DNA of 64,000 nucleotides from an uncultured Thermodesulfobacteriota bacterium (lineage in GTDB: Bacteria; Desulfobacterota; GWC2-55-46; JADFVP01): positions 329 through 64,328 of the forward strand of contig CAYOVP010000004.1 of assembly GCA_964407495.1 (NCBI GenBank), in the 5' to 3' direction. A program made the position numbers and the translations under genes. The notes under the pieces are model-generated. The model had not been told where the DNA came from, searched no databases, and was given only the letters and a program-made list of their open reading frames with translations. This document shows positions 1 through 10,424 of this stretch, in pieces (the stretch's first letter is position 1; each line of letters opens with the position of its first letter).

Positions 1-928
1 CCTTCTCAAAGACCTTCTTAAAGAGCGTATGGTTCAGGACGCGCCCCGTCATCTCGAGGGCCGAAAGGAGCGGCACCCCGCCCTCGAGAAGGCTGCCAAG
101 GGTGCGCGCCATGGTAGAGTAGTAGAACTTACTCACAATCCTGCCCACAACAGGTAGCCTCAGGACCAGTCTGTCGCTAAAGGCCTTGCCCGCCGGCGTC
201 CTGGTGAGGCGCCTGAGGACAAAGGGAAGCGCCGCCACCAACACGAGGACGATCGGCCAGAAACGCCGAAGAAAGGACGTGAACCACAGGAGGACCACCG
301 TGATAAAGGGCAGGGCTGTCTTCGTATCCTCGAAGATGGTGGTAATCTTTGGTATGACGAATATGAGGAGAAATGAGAGCACGCCTGCACCGACAATGGT
401 CATTAGCGTGGGGTATATGAGCGCTGTCTTAACCTTCTCATAGACCCTCTCGCGTGCCTCGAGGTACTCGGCGAGCCTGGCCATGACGCTCTCGAGTCTG
501 CCCGTCTCCTCGCCAGCCTCCACCATACTGCAGTACATCTGCGGAAAGACACCGCCCTGTGCCTCCAGGGCCCTGGCAAGGGAACTCCCGCCAGCAAGCC
601 TCTCCTTCACATCTACGAGGCTGCTACAGAGCGGCGACTTGTCCATCTCCTTTACGAGAATATCGAGAGACTCGTGGAGAGAGGCGCCCGAAGAAAGGAG
701 CGTGGACAACTGGCGCGACATGGAGGCGAGTTCGAGGGACGACCCCTTGGGGAGGAGCGCCTTGAGCCAGGCCAGAAGGCTCCGCCCCTTTTCCTCCATG
801 GAAAGATCATGGGGAAAGAGGCCTTCCTTCCTGAGCCTTGCCGCGGCATCCTTTACCCCTGCAGCCTCTATGGTGCCGCTCACTTCCTTGCCAACGCTGT
901 CATAGGCCCTGTAATTGAATATGGGCAT
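1..928 (-). CDS. gspF: Type II secretion inner-membrane platform protein GspF. C-terminus lies beyond the left window edge, so it is missing from the ORF track.
   Basis: Manual minus-strand translation from ATG at 928 gives MPIFNYRAYDSVGKEVSGTIEAAGVKDAAARLRKEGLFP...LELASMSRQLSTLLSSGASLHESL...VEAGEETGRLESVMARLAEY...IYPTLMTIVGAGVLSFLLIFVIPKI. The frame is continuous to position 1 and shows classic GspF/PilC motifs. It starts 13 nt after the gspE stop. Confidence 0.8.
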   Translation of the reverse strand, partial: MPIFNYRAYDSVGKEVSGTIEAAGVKDAAARLRKEGLFPHDLSMEEKGRSLLAWLKALLPKGSSLELASMSRQLSTLLSSGASLHESLDILVKEMDKSPLCSSLVDVKERLAGGSSLARALEAQGGVFPQMYCSMVEAGEETGRLESVMARLAEYLEARERVYEKVKTALIYPTLMTIVGAGVLSFLLIFVIPKITTIFEDTKTALPFITVVLLWFTSFLRRFWPIVLVLVAALPFVLRRLTRTPAGKAFSDRLVLRLPVVGRIVSKFYYSTMARTLGSLLEGGVPLLSALEMTGRVLNHTLFKKVFEK

Positions 929-940
929 GACCCCCTCACC

Positions 941-2527
941 TCACTCGAAGTGCGTAACACGCACGACTTCTTCAAGGCTCGTCACCCCGGAACGCACCTT
1001 CTCGAATCCATCGTCACGGAGAGTCCTTGTACCCTTTCGTGCAAGATAGGCCCGAAGCGTAACAGCGTCCGAGTCCTTGAGAATCACGGAGCGCAACCCC
1101 TGGTCTATGACCATGAACTCGAAGATACCGGTCTGGCCATGAAAACCGGTCCTGAAACACTTCTCGCACCCCCTGGGACGCCAGAGCCTCTCCGGCGGGT
1201 TCTCGCCGAAGAGGGCCCTTTCCTCCTCCGTTGGGGTGTAGGCCTCCCTGCACTCGCGGCAGAGCGTTCGAACGAGCCTCTGCGAGATGGCGGCCACCAG
1301 GGACGAGGCCACGAGAAACCTCTCCACCCCCATGTCAACGAGCCTCGTAACCGCAGTCGGTGCGTCATTGGTATGCAGGGTCGAGAGCACCAGGTGGCCT
1401 GTCATGGAGGCCTGCACAGCCATCTCGGCTGTCTCATAGTCGCGTATCTCGCCCACCATGATAACGTCAGGGTCTTGTCTCAGTATGGAGCGAAGCCCGG
1501 CGGCAAAGGTAAGGTCAATCTTGGGGTTCACCTGTATCTGCCCTATGCCCTGTATCTGGTACTCCACAGGGTCTTCCACGGTGATGATGTTCCGTTCCTT
1601 GCTATTGATGCTGTTGATGAAGGCATAGAGGCTCGTAGTCTTCCCGGAGCCCGTGGGGCCCGTGACGAGTATGATGCCGTTGTTTATGGATAGGAGGCGT
1701 TCTATCTCGCCTATCCTCTCCTCGTCGAGACCAAGCCCCGAGAGGGTCACGAGGCCGAACTTCCTGTCAAGGAGCCTCATGACAACGCGCTCGCCAAAGG
1801 CCGTGGGCACGATGGATACGCGGACGTCTATGTCCTTTCCGGCAACAAGGAGCCGTATCCTCCCGTCCTGCGGGAGTCTCTTCTCCGCGATATTCAGACC
1901 AGCCATTATCTTCACCCTCGAGACCAAGGCCTCCTGTATGACCCGCGGCGGCGATAAGACTGGGTACAGGACCCCGTCTATCCTGAATCGAACGTCTATC
2001 TTCTTCTCAAAGGGCTCTATGTGGATGTCACTGGCCCTCTCCTTCACGGCCTGGGCAAGTACCGAGTTCAGGAGCCTGATAATCGGGGCCTCGTCATCGA
2101 GGTCCAGTAGATCCTTTGGCTCCTCCCACTGGCTCGCTATCTCGTCGAGGCTCTCTGCATGGAGTTCCTCCATGACCTCGTTGGCCGAGCCCGAGAGTTT
2201 CTCGTAAAACCGGTTGGCAAGGCCGAGGATCTCTGCCTCTGGGGCAATGACAGGGGTTACTGGCATGGAGAAGAGCCGCGCCATGTCATCGAGGGCAAAG
2301 AGATAGGCAGGACCGGCAAGTGCGGCGGTCAGCCTTCCATTCTCTTTCTTCAGGGGAAGGGCCCTGTTTGTCTTCACAAAACCTATGGGGAGTTGTTCGA
2401 GGAAAAAGGGGTCCACATCGGCCTCATCGAGCCCCTCTCTGTACTCTATGCCGTACTTCTTGGAGAGCCGCTCCTCTGCGGTCATATCCTCAGGCCTCTT
2501 TTCTTCCTCTGCTCCTCTTACGGTCAT
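941..2527 (-). CDS. gspE: Type II secretion ATPase GspE
   Basis: Walker A GPTGSGKTT, VGEIRD box and tetracysteine motif CRECRE...CEKCFRTGFHGQTGIFE. 528 aa. Confidence 0.9.
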   Translation of the reverse strand: MTVRGAEEEKRPEDMTAEERLSKKYGIEYREGLDEADVDPFFLEQLPIGFVKTNRALPLKKENGRLTAALAGPAYLFALDDMARLFSMPVTPVIAPEAEILGLANRFYEKLSGSANEVMEELHAESLDEIASQWEEPKDLLDLDDEAPIIRLLNSVLAQAVKERASDIHIEPFEKKIDVRFRIDGVLYPVLSPPRVIQEALVSRVKIMAGLNIAEKRLPQDGRIRLLVAGKDIDVRVSIVPTAFGERVVMRLLDRKFGLVTLSGLGLDEERIGEIERLLSINNGIILVTGPTGSGKTTSLYAFINSINSKERNIITVEDPVEYQIQGIGQIQVNPKIDLTFAAGLRSILRQDPDVIMVGEIRDYETAEMAVQASMTGHLVLSTLHTNDAPTAVTRLVDMGVERFLVASSLVAAISQRLVRTLCRECREAYTPTEEERALFGENPPERLWRPRGCEKCFRTGFHGQTGIFEFMVIDQGLRSVILKDSDAVTLRAYLARKGTRTLRDDGFEKVRSGVTSLEEVVRVTHFE

Positions 2528-2561
2528 CTATACTCCCTGCAAAGGGCCTCCCAGGCCCCTC

Positions 2562-4583
2562 CTACTTCTCTGCCCCGGCACCAGGTTTACCGCCAGCCCC
2601 GTCTTTCTTCCCTGCCACAGGCGCTCCCATGGAGGCCCTCCTGAACTCGGCATCTTTCTTGTTCTTGAGATCCCTCAGCGCCTCGGCGTCACGAACGATG
2701 GTCGGTGTGAGGTAGACAAGGAGGTTGGTCTTTTCCTTCTTCTCAGAATGGGACTTGAATAGCCATCCAAGGATAGGTATCTTGCTGAGTACGGGTACGC
2801 GTGTCTTGCTCTTCACTACCTTGTCCTGGATGAGCCCGCCTATGACAATGGTCTGCCTGTCCTTCACCACCACCGTGGTCTTTGCCGAGCGCTTGGACGT
2901 AATGATGTCAGAGGCGCCTACGCCCCCTGTCTGCGTAGTGGGCGTAACCGATGAAATCTCCTGGTAGATATCGAGTTTTATGTAATCACCCTTGCTTATC
3001 TGTGGTTTTATCTTGAGTGTGACGCCCACGTCCTTTCTCTCGATGGACTGGAGTATGGGCTGGTCTGCCGTGGTGGTGGCACGTTCGAGGGAACTCAGGA
3101 ATGGCACGTTCTCGCCCACAACTATCTCGGCCTCCTGGTTGTCTGAAGTGAGTATCTGCGGCGTACTCAAGACATTTACAACGTCTTTAAAGTCCGAGAG
3201 GCTGAATAGCACGGAGAACCCCGGTGCCCCGAGATTCACTACAGTACCGTCTGGCTGGGTAACGGAAAAGTCGAAGAAGTTGGCAAGCCCTCCAATGCTG
3301 AAACCCGAGAGACCGTCCACTATGTTGGCCATGGTGGCGGAATCCACGGTGCCAAATCCGCCGATGGTTACGGGCTTGCCGTTCTGCTGTGCCGCAAGGC
3401 GCCACTTCGTGCCCAGGTCCTTGGCCTTGTCCACCGATACCTCCACGATCATGGCCTCTACGTACACCTGGAGCGGGCGCCTGTCGAGTTGCTTTATGAC
3501 CTTCACGAGGGCATTGTAATCATCTGGCTGGGCCATGATGATGAGCGAGTTTGTGTCCACGTCTGGGGTGATTACTATGGGGTTCTTGAACCGCGAGGCA
3601 ACCCTCAGCGGCATAGCGGCCTTGCCCTTTCCCGCAATGCTGGTCTTTGCCGGTTCAGCGCTGACTATTTTATCGAGGGTCTTTGCAAGGTCCTCGGCAT
3701 CGGCGTTCTCCAGGTAATAGACGTTTATCATGGAGGCCGCCTCCGAGGGCTTGACGTCGAGCATGGCGATTATCTCTTTCTGTCTCTCGCGCTCGGCCTC
3801 GTTGCCAAAGATGATGACCCCGTTCAGGCGCTCTGCGGCTATGGGGAGCTTTCTCTGTGCCACGGCCTGCGCCATGGGCTGATGCCCAGGCCCCATAGCC
3901 GAGGTTCCGCCCCCTGGGCCTGCCTCGTACTTTCGGAGCATCTCCACCATGTCCTTTGCCATGGAGTTCTTGAGGAGTACCAGTTCCGATGGACGCGTGG
4001 CAGACTTGACGTCCAGGTAACCCACCACCTTCAGGACCTTGTCCACGTTACGGGCCGTGTCGAGCACAAGGAGCGAGTTGGATGTGCCAAAGGCCGCGAT
4101 GTAGCCCTGCCGGGAGACAAGGGGCGTAAGGACGGGCAGTATTTCACGCGGGGCGAGGTAATCGAGGGGTATGAGCCTTGCCATGTACATCTCGTTGGCA
4201 CGTGCCGGGCGCTTCTTGCCGCGGGATACCTTGATGGGGTCCTGCTTTACCATGGAAAGGGGCGAGATGCGGTAGGCGCTCCCAGTGTTTACCACGGCAA
4301 AGCCCTTGAGTTCGAGTACAGAGGTAAAGAGGTCGAAGGCCTCTGCCTTTGAGAGCGACCTGGGGGCTATTATGGTTATCTTTCCCTTGAGTTTGTCGTC
4401 ATAGATGAAGTTCCTGCCCGTAGTCTCGCTGATGAACCTCACCACTGTGCTTATCTCCACGTCATGAAAATTCATGGAGATGCCTGTAGCCCTTGGAGAG
4501 GCCACTGCGGCGCGCCCCGGCCAGGCCCATGCAAGAGAGATCAGTAGCAGATACAAGACAACCGCTCTTCCTGGAGTTTTCAT
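2562..4583 (-). CDS. gspD: Type II secretion outer-membrane secretin GspD
   Basis: N-terminal signal peptide and N domains. C-terminal secretin signature VVVKDRQTIVIGGLIQD...VPVLSKIPILGWLFKS. 673 aa. Confidence 0.9.
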   Translation of the reverse strand: MKTPGRAVVLYLLLISLAWAWPGRAAVASPRATGISMNFHDVEISTVVRFISETTGRNFIYDDKLKGKITIIAPRSLSKAEAFDLFTSVLELKGFAVVNTGSAYRISPLSMVKQDPIKVSRGKKRPARANEMYMARLIPLDYLAPREILPVLTPLVSRQGYIAAFGTSNSLLVLDTARNVDKVLKVVGYLDVKSATRPSELVLLKNSMAKDMVEMLRKYEAGPGGGTSAMGPGHQPMAQAVAQRKLPIAAERLNGVIIFGNEAERERQKEIIAMLDVKPSEAASMINVYYLENADAEDLAKTLDKIVSAEPAKTSIAGKGKAAMPLRVASRFKNPIVITPDVDTNSLIIMAQPDDYNALVKVIKQLDRRPLQVYVEAMIVEVSVDKAKDLGTKWRLAAQQNGKPVTIGGFGTVDSATMANIVDGLSGFSIGGLANFFDFSVTQPDGTVVNLGAPGFSVLFSLSDFKDVVNVLSTPQILTSDNQEAEIVVGENVPFLSSLERATTTADQPILQSIERKDVGVTLKIKPQISKGDYIKLDIYQEISSVTPTTQTGGVGASDIITSKRSAKTTVVVKDRQTIVIGGLIQDKVVKSKTRVPVLSKIPILGWLFKSHSEKKEKTNLLVYLTPTIVRDAEALRDLKNKKDAEFRRASMGAPVAGKKDGAGGKPGAGAEK

Positions 4584-4594
4584 GTAAGCCCTCT

Positions 4595-5608
4595 TTACCT
4601 TATCTCGTATTTGAAGGTCCTGGGACTGCCTCGTCTAAGCAGGTCCACCTTTACGTCTGTCTCGCCCTTTAGGCCCTTCATGAGGCTCATGGCCTTCTCC
4701 GGCGCATCTATGGCATAATCATTCACCCGGAGGATTATATCACCACTTCGCAGGCCCATACCAAAAAATATCCCATAGGGCCTTACCTGGCTGAGCATGA
4801 AGCCCTTTACGACACCACCCTCGTGGTAGGGTATGAACCTGGCCTCAGAGAGGACCCTGCTCGAATCCTTCAGCGCCTCGTCAAGGGCCCTCCTGTCCAC
4901 GAGCCACCTGTCCGAGCCAAGGGGCTTTGCAAGGCGGCTTACAGGCCTGCCCGTAAAGGGATTGAGGCCGCCGGCCCTGCCTCCAGGGCCAAGGAGCGAA
5001 CCCGGTCCGTGAAGCATGCCAAACCCAGGGCCTGCGCCACCCCCGCCTCTGACCATGGCCCGCTCCTTGTCCGTAAGTTCCATGGAAAAGACGATCTTTT
5101 TACCTCCGCTATCCACTACTGCCTTGTACTTCTCAACAGAATCGAGGACACCCACATTGAAGACCTTTGCTCCGCGCCGGATGACCTCTTCCCTGCCCGA
5201 GGCCTTGTCCCTGAAGACGGCGAAGTCGTTGCCACCCCGGCCTACGACTGTGCCAAGAAGCATAAGACCAGAGGCGCTGGCCGTGGCGGCACGAGAAGAG
5301 GCGGCAGTGCCACCAATAGGGCCTGTGCCGAGTTGGGTAAGGGGGGTCTTGACGCCAAGGAGACCGCTACTGCCGATTACCGCATAATCGCTGAAGGAGG
5401 GCCGCCTTCCCACGCTCCCCCTCCCGGGCGCCACCATTGCACCCTGCGGAGCCGAAGCCACGGTGGAGACCTTCGCCCTTTCGCCAACCACCTCGCGGAC
5501 GAGGAGCCCCAGGGCCGTGACGGCAACGACGGCAAGGAGGATGTTGAGCCAACCTATGACGTTGACCTCTCCCAGTGGGGTCCCTCCCTCTATCAACCTT
5601 CTCATCAT
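4595..5608 (-). CDS. gspC: GspC-like T2SS protein with C-terminal PDZ domain
   Basis: Single N-terminal TM segment, Gly/Ala-rich linker and PDZ-like C-terminus (GDIILRVNDYAIDAPEKAMSLMKGLKG). Sits immediately upstream of gspD. Confidence 0.6.
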   Translation of the reverse strand: MMRRLIEGGTPLGEVNVIGWLNILLAVVAVTALGLLVREVVGERAKVSTVASAPQGAMVAPGRGSVGRRPSFSDYAVIGSSGLLGVKTPLTQLGTGPIGGTAASSRAATASASGLMLLGTVVGRGGNDFAVFRDKASGREEVIRRGAKVFNVGVLDSVEKYKAVVDSGGKKIVFSMELTDKERAMVRGGGGAGPGFGMLHGPGSLLGPGGRAGGLNPFTGRPVSRLAKPLGSDRWLVDRRALDEALKDSSRVLSEARFIPYHEGGVVKGFMLSQVRPYGIFFGMGLRSGDIILRVNDYAIDAPEKAMSLMKGLKGETDVKVDLLRRGSPRTFKYEIR

Positions 5609-5624
5609 GGCAGAACCAGCCTCC

Positions 5625-6161
5625 TCAGGCCTCGGTGCGGCGCACCAGGAGGACCTTCATCACGCAGTCCATCTCCTTGTTATTCTCAAAGCCTGTCTCG
5701 AGTTCCAGGTCTTTTACGAGTAGAAGGCCGGGATATCTATCTATCTCGTAGACGAGGTTTACGAACTCGTTGAGCGTCAGGCCCTTTAGCGATACCTCCA
5801 CACCGCGTATCTCGTAGCCGTCCTCGAGGGTCTCTTCCACTTCCTTGAATGAACTTATCTTCTTCTTTATACCAAGGGCCGAGCCTATCTCCTCGACTAC
5901 GGTCACTGGCGAGGCCGCGCCGCCGGCTCGAACGAGCCTCGCCTTCAGGGGCTGAAGAACCTGCCTCCTGCCCTCGTATCTCTTCATCAGGGCCGTAAAC
6001 TCGGTCAAGCGCCTCGTACTTGCCCTGAGTTCAGACTTGGCCGAGGTTACATAACCATAGGACCCGGCCATGAATATTATGAGGAGGACGATTACCAGTC
6101 CCGCTTTCAGGTAAAGTACCTGTAGTGGGGATAACCTCTCGCCTATCCTGCCTCTGGCCAT
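5625..6161 (-). CDS. gspM: GspM-like bitopic T2SS assembly protein
   Basis: 178 aa with a single TM near the N-terminus. Position between gspL and gspC. Confidence 0.5.
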   Translation of the reverse strand: MARGRIGERLSPLQVLYLKAGLVIVLLIIFMAGSYGYVTSAKSELRASTRRLTEFTALMKRYEGRRQVLQPLKARLVRAGGAASPVTVVEEIGSALGIKKKISSFKEVEETLEDGYEIRGVEVSLKGLTLNEFVNLVYEIDRYPGLLLVKDLELETGFENNKEMDCVMKVLLVRRTEA

Positions 6162-6266
6162 GATACAACTCCTTATTAAAGACCGTGCCGAGGGCCCTGA
6201 AAAGATACCCCCCTTGGCTGTAAATCTCTTCTTTACAATGCCAGGGGCCCTGCGCCCGGGCCCGTC

Positions 6267-7586
6267 CTATTGACCAAGAGGGCCGTTAGGGCCCTCGCCG
6301 ATACCCATGGAGACAGAGAAGGTCACGCCTCCGCTTACGCTCGTCTTCACGTCCCCAAGTGCCACCTCGCCTGCATCCTTCAACTTCAGGAGCCCGTCCT
6401 TGAACTTCACCGCGTTCTCGAATGATGCGGCCCTGCCCTTTGCGCTCACCCTCGTACTGCTCATGGAGATCTCATAAAGAGAGACACCTGCGCTGGCCGC
6501 AGGCCCTGCAAGACGCTTCATCACGCCAAGTACGTCTACACCCATCCCCAGGAGCGCCATATCACCGGTCTGCTCCTTCATCTTCACCTCCAAACTGTAG
6601 AGAGGGGCACGTACTGTCTTGTCCCGGGGGAAGGCCCTCTTGTACGAAGCCATTATCTCCCCTTTCATGGCCGCGGCCCTCTCCTTCAGGCTACTCGACC
6701 GCACATATACGAACCCTCCCCAGAGCACGGCGATGGCCACCGCGAGGACCATGGTAATCTTGAGACCCTTCTTGCCCCTCTCTATGACGCTGGTATCGGC
6801 GAACTCTCCCTTTCTGAAGTTTGGCGCCTCTGCTATGCCTCCACCGCGTATCTGCAACTTCATGGCCTGGAGGCCAGTAAACCTCTCATCGAGACCCCTG
6901 GCCTCGGAGGCATCGAGCCCCTCAGGCAGTACCTCGCTGGCCCTACCCCCTGCGCAGTAGAACGACCTGACTTCTATGCCCTCTTCCTCCATGGCGGCAA
7001 GGGCTATCTTCACATCATCCGCCGTCCTTACGGCCTTGTACAGGAGCGGGCCCCTGCCATTGGAGATGACAATGGAATCCCTGTCTATGAGGGCCGCAGT
7101 CTCTTCGGCAGACTTTATGCCTCCAAGGAGCCCTCCCCTGGCAAAGAGAGAGGAACCCACCCAGGATGGTTCCACGCCAAGGTCCCTGAGCATGGCAATG
7201 TATTCGCCAAGCAGGGACTTCTCAACCCCCACGGCCAGCGTGGAGCCGTCGGCAAGGGGGACGGCGCCAAAGACAAACTCTGATGTGTCTCGTACGAGGG
7301 TGTCCTCGAGTTCAAAGGGCAGGACCTCCTCTATTTTTTTCGTCTCCTTTATGGGAAGCCCCACCTTGCGCATGGTGAGGGACTCGGGAGGCAGGCAGAG
7401 ATATACCCGGGAAAATGACGCAAAACCAGAGGACTTAAGTCTACCGAGGACCTCCAGGAGGGCAGACTTCAGATCATCGCCCAGGGAGGCCTCGAAGGAT
7501 ACCTCTGCCTCCTCCTTCCCGGGCGTAAGGCCAGAGGCCCGCACACTCTGCCTGCCCATATCTATTATGAGAACCGGTCTTGCCAT
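6267..7586 (-). CDS. gspL: GspL-like T2SS inner-membrane protein
   Basis: 439 aa with an actin-like cytoplasmic N-domain (MARPVLIIDMGRQSVRASGL), one TM and a periplasmic C-domain. Start overlaps the gspK stop. Confidence 0.6.
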   Translation of the reverse strand: MARPVLIIDMGRQSVRASGLTPGKEEAEVSFEASLGDDLKSALLEVLGRLKSSGFASFSRVYLCLPPESLTMRKVGLPIKETKKIEEVLPFELEDTLVRDTSEFVFGAVPLADGSTLAVGVEKSLLGEYIAMLRDLGVEPSWVGSSLFARGGLLGGIKSAEETAALIDRDSIVISNGRGPLLYKAVRTADDVKIALAAMEEEGIEVRSFYCAGGRASEVLPEGLDASEARGLDERFTGLQAMKLQIRGGGIAEAPNFRKGEFADTSVIERGKKGLKITMVLAVAIAVLWGGFVYVRSSSLKERAAAMKGEIMASYKRAFPRDKTVRAPLYSLEVKMKEQTGDMALLGMGVDVLGVMKRLAGPAASAGVSLYEISMSSTRVSAKGRAASFENAVKFKDGLLKLKDAGEVALGDVKTSVSGGVTFSVSMGIGEGPNGPLGQ

Positions 7587-8524
7587 TACCTCTGCCTGTA
7601 GTACAATGTCTGGCCCTTGTTATCGTCTTCCCTGAAGACCGCCTCTGCTACGCTACGGGCCCTTCCACGCCGGGCCCTGAGAAGGGCCCTGAAGGTACTG
7701 CTCTTTACCACGATCCTGCTCTGCAGGTTGAAGCCGATCTGCTCTAACCCGGATACCTTTCTTATCTCAGAGGTCTGCTGAAAGGGGCGCGTCTTCCTGT
7801 ACGATATCACCCTATCGGCGAGTTCTGGTGTCATATCCTGTGATAAGGCCTCCAAGACCTCTCTTGGAGCTGTATTTATATTGACCTTGCCAGAGGAGTA
7901 GACGGTCACGAAATCTTCAAGCCTACTGACCTCGTCCCTGCCATAGCCCTTCACGAGATAGAGTTCCTCCACGCTCGAAAGCGGCCTGCCGGCAGAACGG
8001 TACGGAGGGTCCTGGCGCTCGTAGTAATCCGCGTTCTCTGCGCCCTTGCTCCGTGGCGAGTCGTCGGCGTCTATCCAGTCGGCAAGTGTGTCTGCAAGAG
8101 AGAGGGGCAGGCCGAGTTCATCAAGGAGCCTTACATACATATCATAAAACTCCTCGTTTATCTTCCCGTTCTTGTACACAATGGCATTGAGCGGGAGCCT
8201 TCCCGACTCATCGGCGAGCCTCACCTCAAGGACGCCGCCGCCGCTCTCGAACATATCCTTCTGCCAGGTCCTGCCGCCATCAAAGTAGGTGTAGCCCTTT
8301 TCGTTGATGCGCCGCGTCATGAGCCTGGCCACGCCTACACCGTCCCTTGCCAGCAACGAGGCGTTCTCATAGTCCCTGTACCCGGCCGTGGCAGAACTGT
8401 CCATATGCACGGAGAAGACTATCTCCGCGAGTATGCTCACGACGACTGCTGTGATGAGGAGCGTTACGATAAGGGCAACGCCCCTCTGGCCAAGACCTTC
8501 AAGGTGTCTGCCTGCCCTTGTCAT
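7586..8524 (-). CDS. gspK: Minor pseudopilin GspK
   Basis: N-terminal QRGVALIVTLLITAVVVSILAEIV hydrophobic segment typical of GspK. 312 aa. Operon position after gspJ. Confidence 0.7.
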   Translation of the reverse strand: MTRAGRHLEGLGQRGVALIVTLLITAVVVSILAEIVFSVHMDSSATAGYRDYENASLLARDGVGVARLMTRRINEKGYTYFDGGRTWQKDMFESGGGVLEVRLADESGRLPLNAIVYKNGKINEEFYDMYVRLLDELGLPLSLADTLADWIDADDSPRSKGAENADYYERQDPPYRSAGRPLSSVEELYLVKGYGRDEVSRLEDFVTVYSSGKVNINTAPREVLEALSQDMTPELADRVISYRKTRPFQQTSEIRKVSGLEQIGFNLQSRIVVKSSTFRALLRARRGRARSVAEAVFREDDNKGQTLYYRQR

Positions 8525-9189
8525 CTTATCATGGTAAGCACTGTTGCGGTCAATCTGTTTACTCCCTCAAGGGCCTTTATGCCAATGGAGAGGCGTACGG
8601 CAAGGGGCGGGCCCTTGTGTTCAACGCCGTCCCAGGTCTTCACCCAGTGCTCACCATCGTAAAAGGAGATGTCGAGGCCCTCTATATCCTCCATGACTTC
8701 GGCGCGCACGCTCCTCTGGCCCGTATAGGGGTTCCAGGTCTGCCTGAAGAGGGTAATGCCCCTATCCGGCGTATCCTCGGCAGTGTAACTGACGGCCTCG
8801 AGGTCGCCCGAGGGACTGCGCCCTGCCGGGTAGGCATAGTAGGTGAAAGAGAGGGAACCCATTGGCCTGGAAGTGTCCTCACCGCCGCGGCCCTGCCAGA
8901 GTGTGCGCGGGTCTGAGGACTTCATGTATGAAGAGCGAACCTCCTTCTCGAAGAGGGCAGAGAACCGGCGAAAGGCGTGGAGCCTATCCATCTGGGCCTC
9001 TACGACCTCGCGCGTACCAAGGACATTGAAGAGGGTCGTGTAAATGGCAACTATGAGGACAGCGAGTATGGCGACTGCCACGAGGAGTTCTATGAGGGTA
9101 AAACCCGCCCCCTCGTGGGATACTGGCGCCACTGCTTTACCGGGCCTTCTGCAACCCGGGCCTTTCTTTACCCCACTTTTCTTGTCCAT
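8521..9189 (-). CDS. gspJ: Minor pseudopilin GspJ
   Basis: Prepilin motif GFTLIELLVAVAILAVL. 222 aa. Confidence 0.7.
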   Translation of the reverse strand: MDKKSGVKKGPGCRRPGKAVAPVSHEGAGFTLIELLVAVAILAVLIVAIYTTLFNVLGTREVVEAQMDRLHAFRRFSALFEKEVRSSYMKSSDPRTLWQGRGGEDTSRPMGSLSFTYYAYPAGRSPSGDLEAVSYTAEDTPDRGITLFRQTWNPYTGQRSVRAEVMEDIEGLDISFYDGEHWVKTWDGVEHKGPPLAVRLSIGIKALEGVNRLTATVLTMIR

Positions 9190-9516
9190 AGGGAAAGTTG
9201 TTCTCCTCTGCGTGCAGGACCAGGTCCCCTTACGTCACCCACGGGCCGACAGGGCCTGGCACTGCTTTTCTTTCATCCCCTCTCTTTCTTCCAATAGAGG
9301 GGGGATGGTCTTACTCTTCCCTTTCTCCTCAGAAACCTCGGAACAATCGGTCCCCGCTTTATTCAGAGAGGGGGGAAGGCGGTTTTTAATCCCCTCACAT
9401 TCAAGGCGGCTTACGGTTGTAAGAAAAGGGCAAAAGGCCCCTCTCTTGCCGGAACGCCTGGTTAATCAGATGTTCCTCTACTATCTTACGAACTCGCCTC
9501 CCGCTCCCACAGGTTC

Positions 9517-9942
9517 TTATTCTTTTTTCTCTTCAGGCACCAACGTAGTAATGGTTACGGAGATATCCGATCCAGCCTTCTTTACAGTGATACTCTCGTT
9601 CCATAGACCACTGTATCTGCCTGTCTTGCCCTCGTATGCCCAGACAAAATTCCCATAGGGGGCCTCGAACTCGCCCCTGGCCTCGTCTGGCCTCTTTGTC
9701 AGGCGAACCTCTGCGAGTCTGGACCTTGCGAGCATTGCAGAGAGGGTACTCTCCATGTCCGCGTCCATTACAGAGAGATGATAACTGATGCTAACAAGGG
9801 CTGTTACGATGACGCCGCCGAGTATGGCGAGGGCCACCATAATCTCGAGGAGTGTAAAGCCCCTCTCGGAGCATGCCCTTGGCTGGGCCGCTCCTGGGGC
9901 TGAGAGCAGTGAGACGGGTATATGGGGGTCAGAGATGGCCAT
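9517..9942 (-). CDS. gspI: Minor pseudopilin GspI
   Basis: Prepilin motif RGFTLLEIMVALAILGGV. 141 aa. Confidence 0.7.
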   Translation of the reverse strand: MAISDPHIPVSLLSAPGAAQPRACSERGFTLLEIMVALAILGGVIVTALVSISYHLSVMDADMESTLSAMLARSRLAEVRLTKRPDEARGEFEAPYGNFVWAYEGKTGRYSGLWNESITVKKAGSDISVTITTLVPEEKKE

Positions 9943-10423
9943 CGAGTATCCTGACCTTGCCGGAAAAGGGGTTGTAGCGAAGGGTTACTCTCTGGTCCTC
10001 ACGGCGAAGATGCAAACTGAAGGGATCAGCGCCTGCCGATGGGTTGAAGACAACAGCGGCCTGGCCCCTGGAGATAGTGCCGAGGCCCGCTATCTGAACA
10101 TCTTCCATATCTATGGAGTGCCCAAGGCTCCGGCCCCTTATATCAGGGTCCGAGACCGGGACGAATTCTTCGCCGTCGGGCGAGGTCTCGACGAAGAAGG
10201 AGTCTTCTTCGGGGTAGAACCAGACCCTGTAGTACCTGGCCTCGATGGTTGCCCTCTCATCGAGATAACGAAAGAGACCAGCCATGCGGCGCGTCTCGGA
10301 CCGGAAGGCAAAGTCCTGGAGTGCGCCCATGCCGGGAAAGGCTATGAGGAGGACAGAGGCGAGGATTGCCATAACCACGACCAGTTCTATGAGCGTGAAC
10401 CCGCTGGCCGGGGGTCTGGCCAC
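9929..10423 (-). CDS. gspH: Minor pseudopilin GspH. Start trimmed to a GTG abutting the gspG stop, because the listed ORF extends 137 nt into gspG.
   Basis: Prepilin motif SGFTLIELVVVMAILASV. The GTG codon at 10423-10421 directly follows the gspG TGA at 10427-10425. Confidence 0.6.
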   Translation of the reverse strand: MARPPASGFTLIELVVVMAILASVLLIAFPGMGALQDFAFRSETRRMAGLFRYLDERATIEARYYRVWFYPEEDSFFVETSPDGEEFVPVSDPDIRGRSLGHSIDMEDVQIAGLGTISRGQAAVVFNPSAGADPFSLHLRREDQRVTLRYNPFSGKVRILDGHL

Positions 10424-10424
10424 A

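Noticed and set aside
674-1693. 339-aa plus-strand ORF overlapping gspF and gspE
   Set aside because: Antisense to two well-supported minus-strand genes with strong homology signatures. Has the Arg/Gly/Pro-rich composition typical of shadow ORFs in high-GC DNA.
3489-4352. 287-aa plus-strand ORF inside gspD. Similar ORFs at 17129-17650, 17897-18724 and 37875-38465.
   Set aside because: Antisense to motif-supported genes (secretin, O-antigen ligase-like, Wzz) with low-complexity composition.
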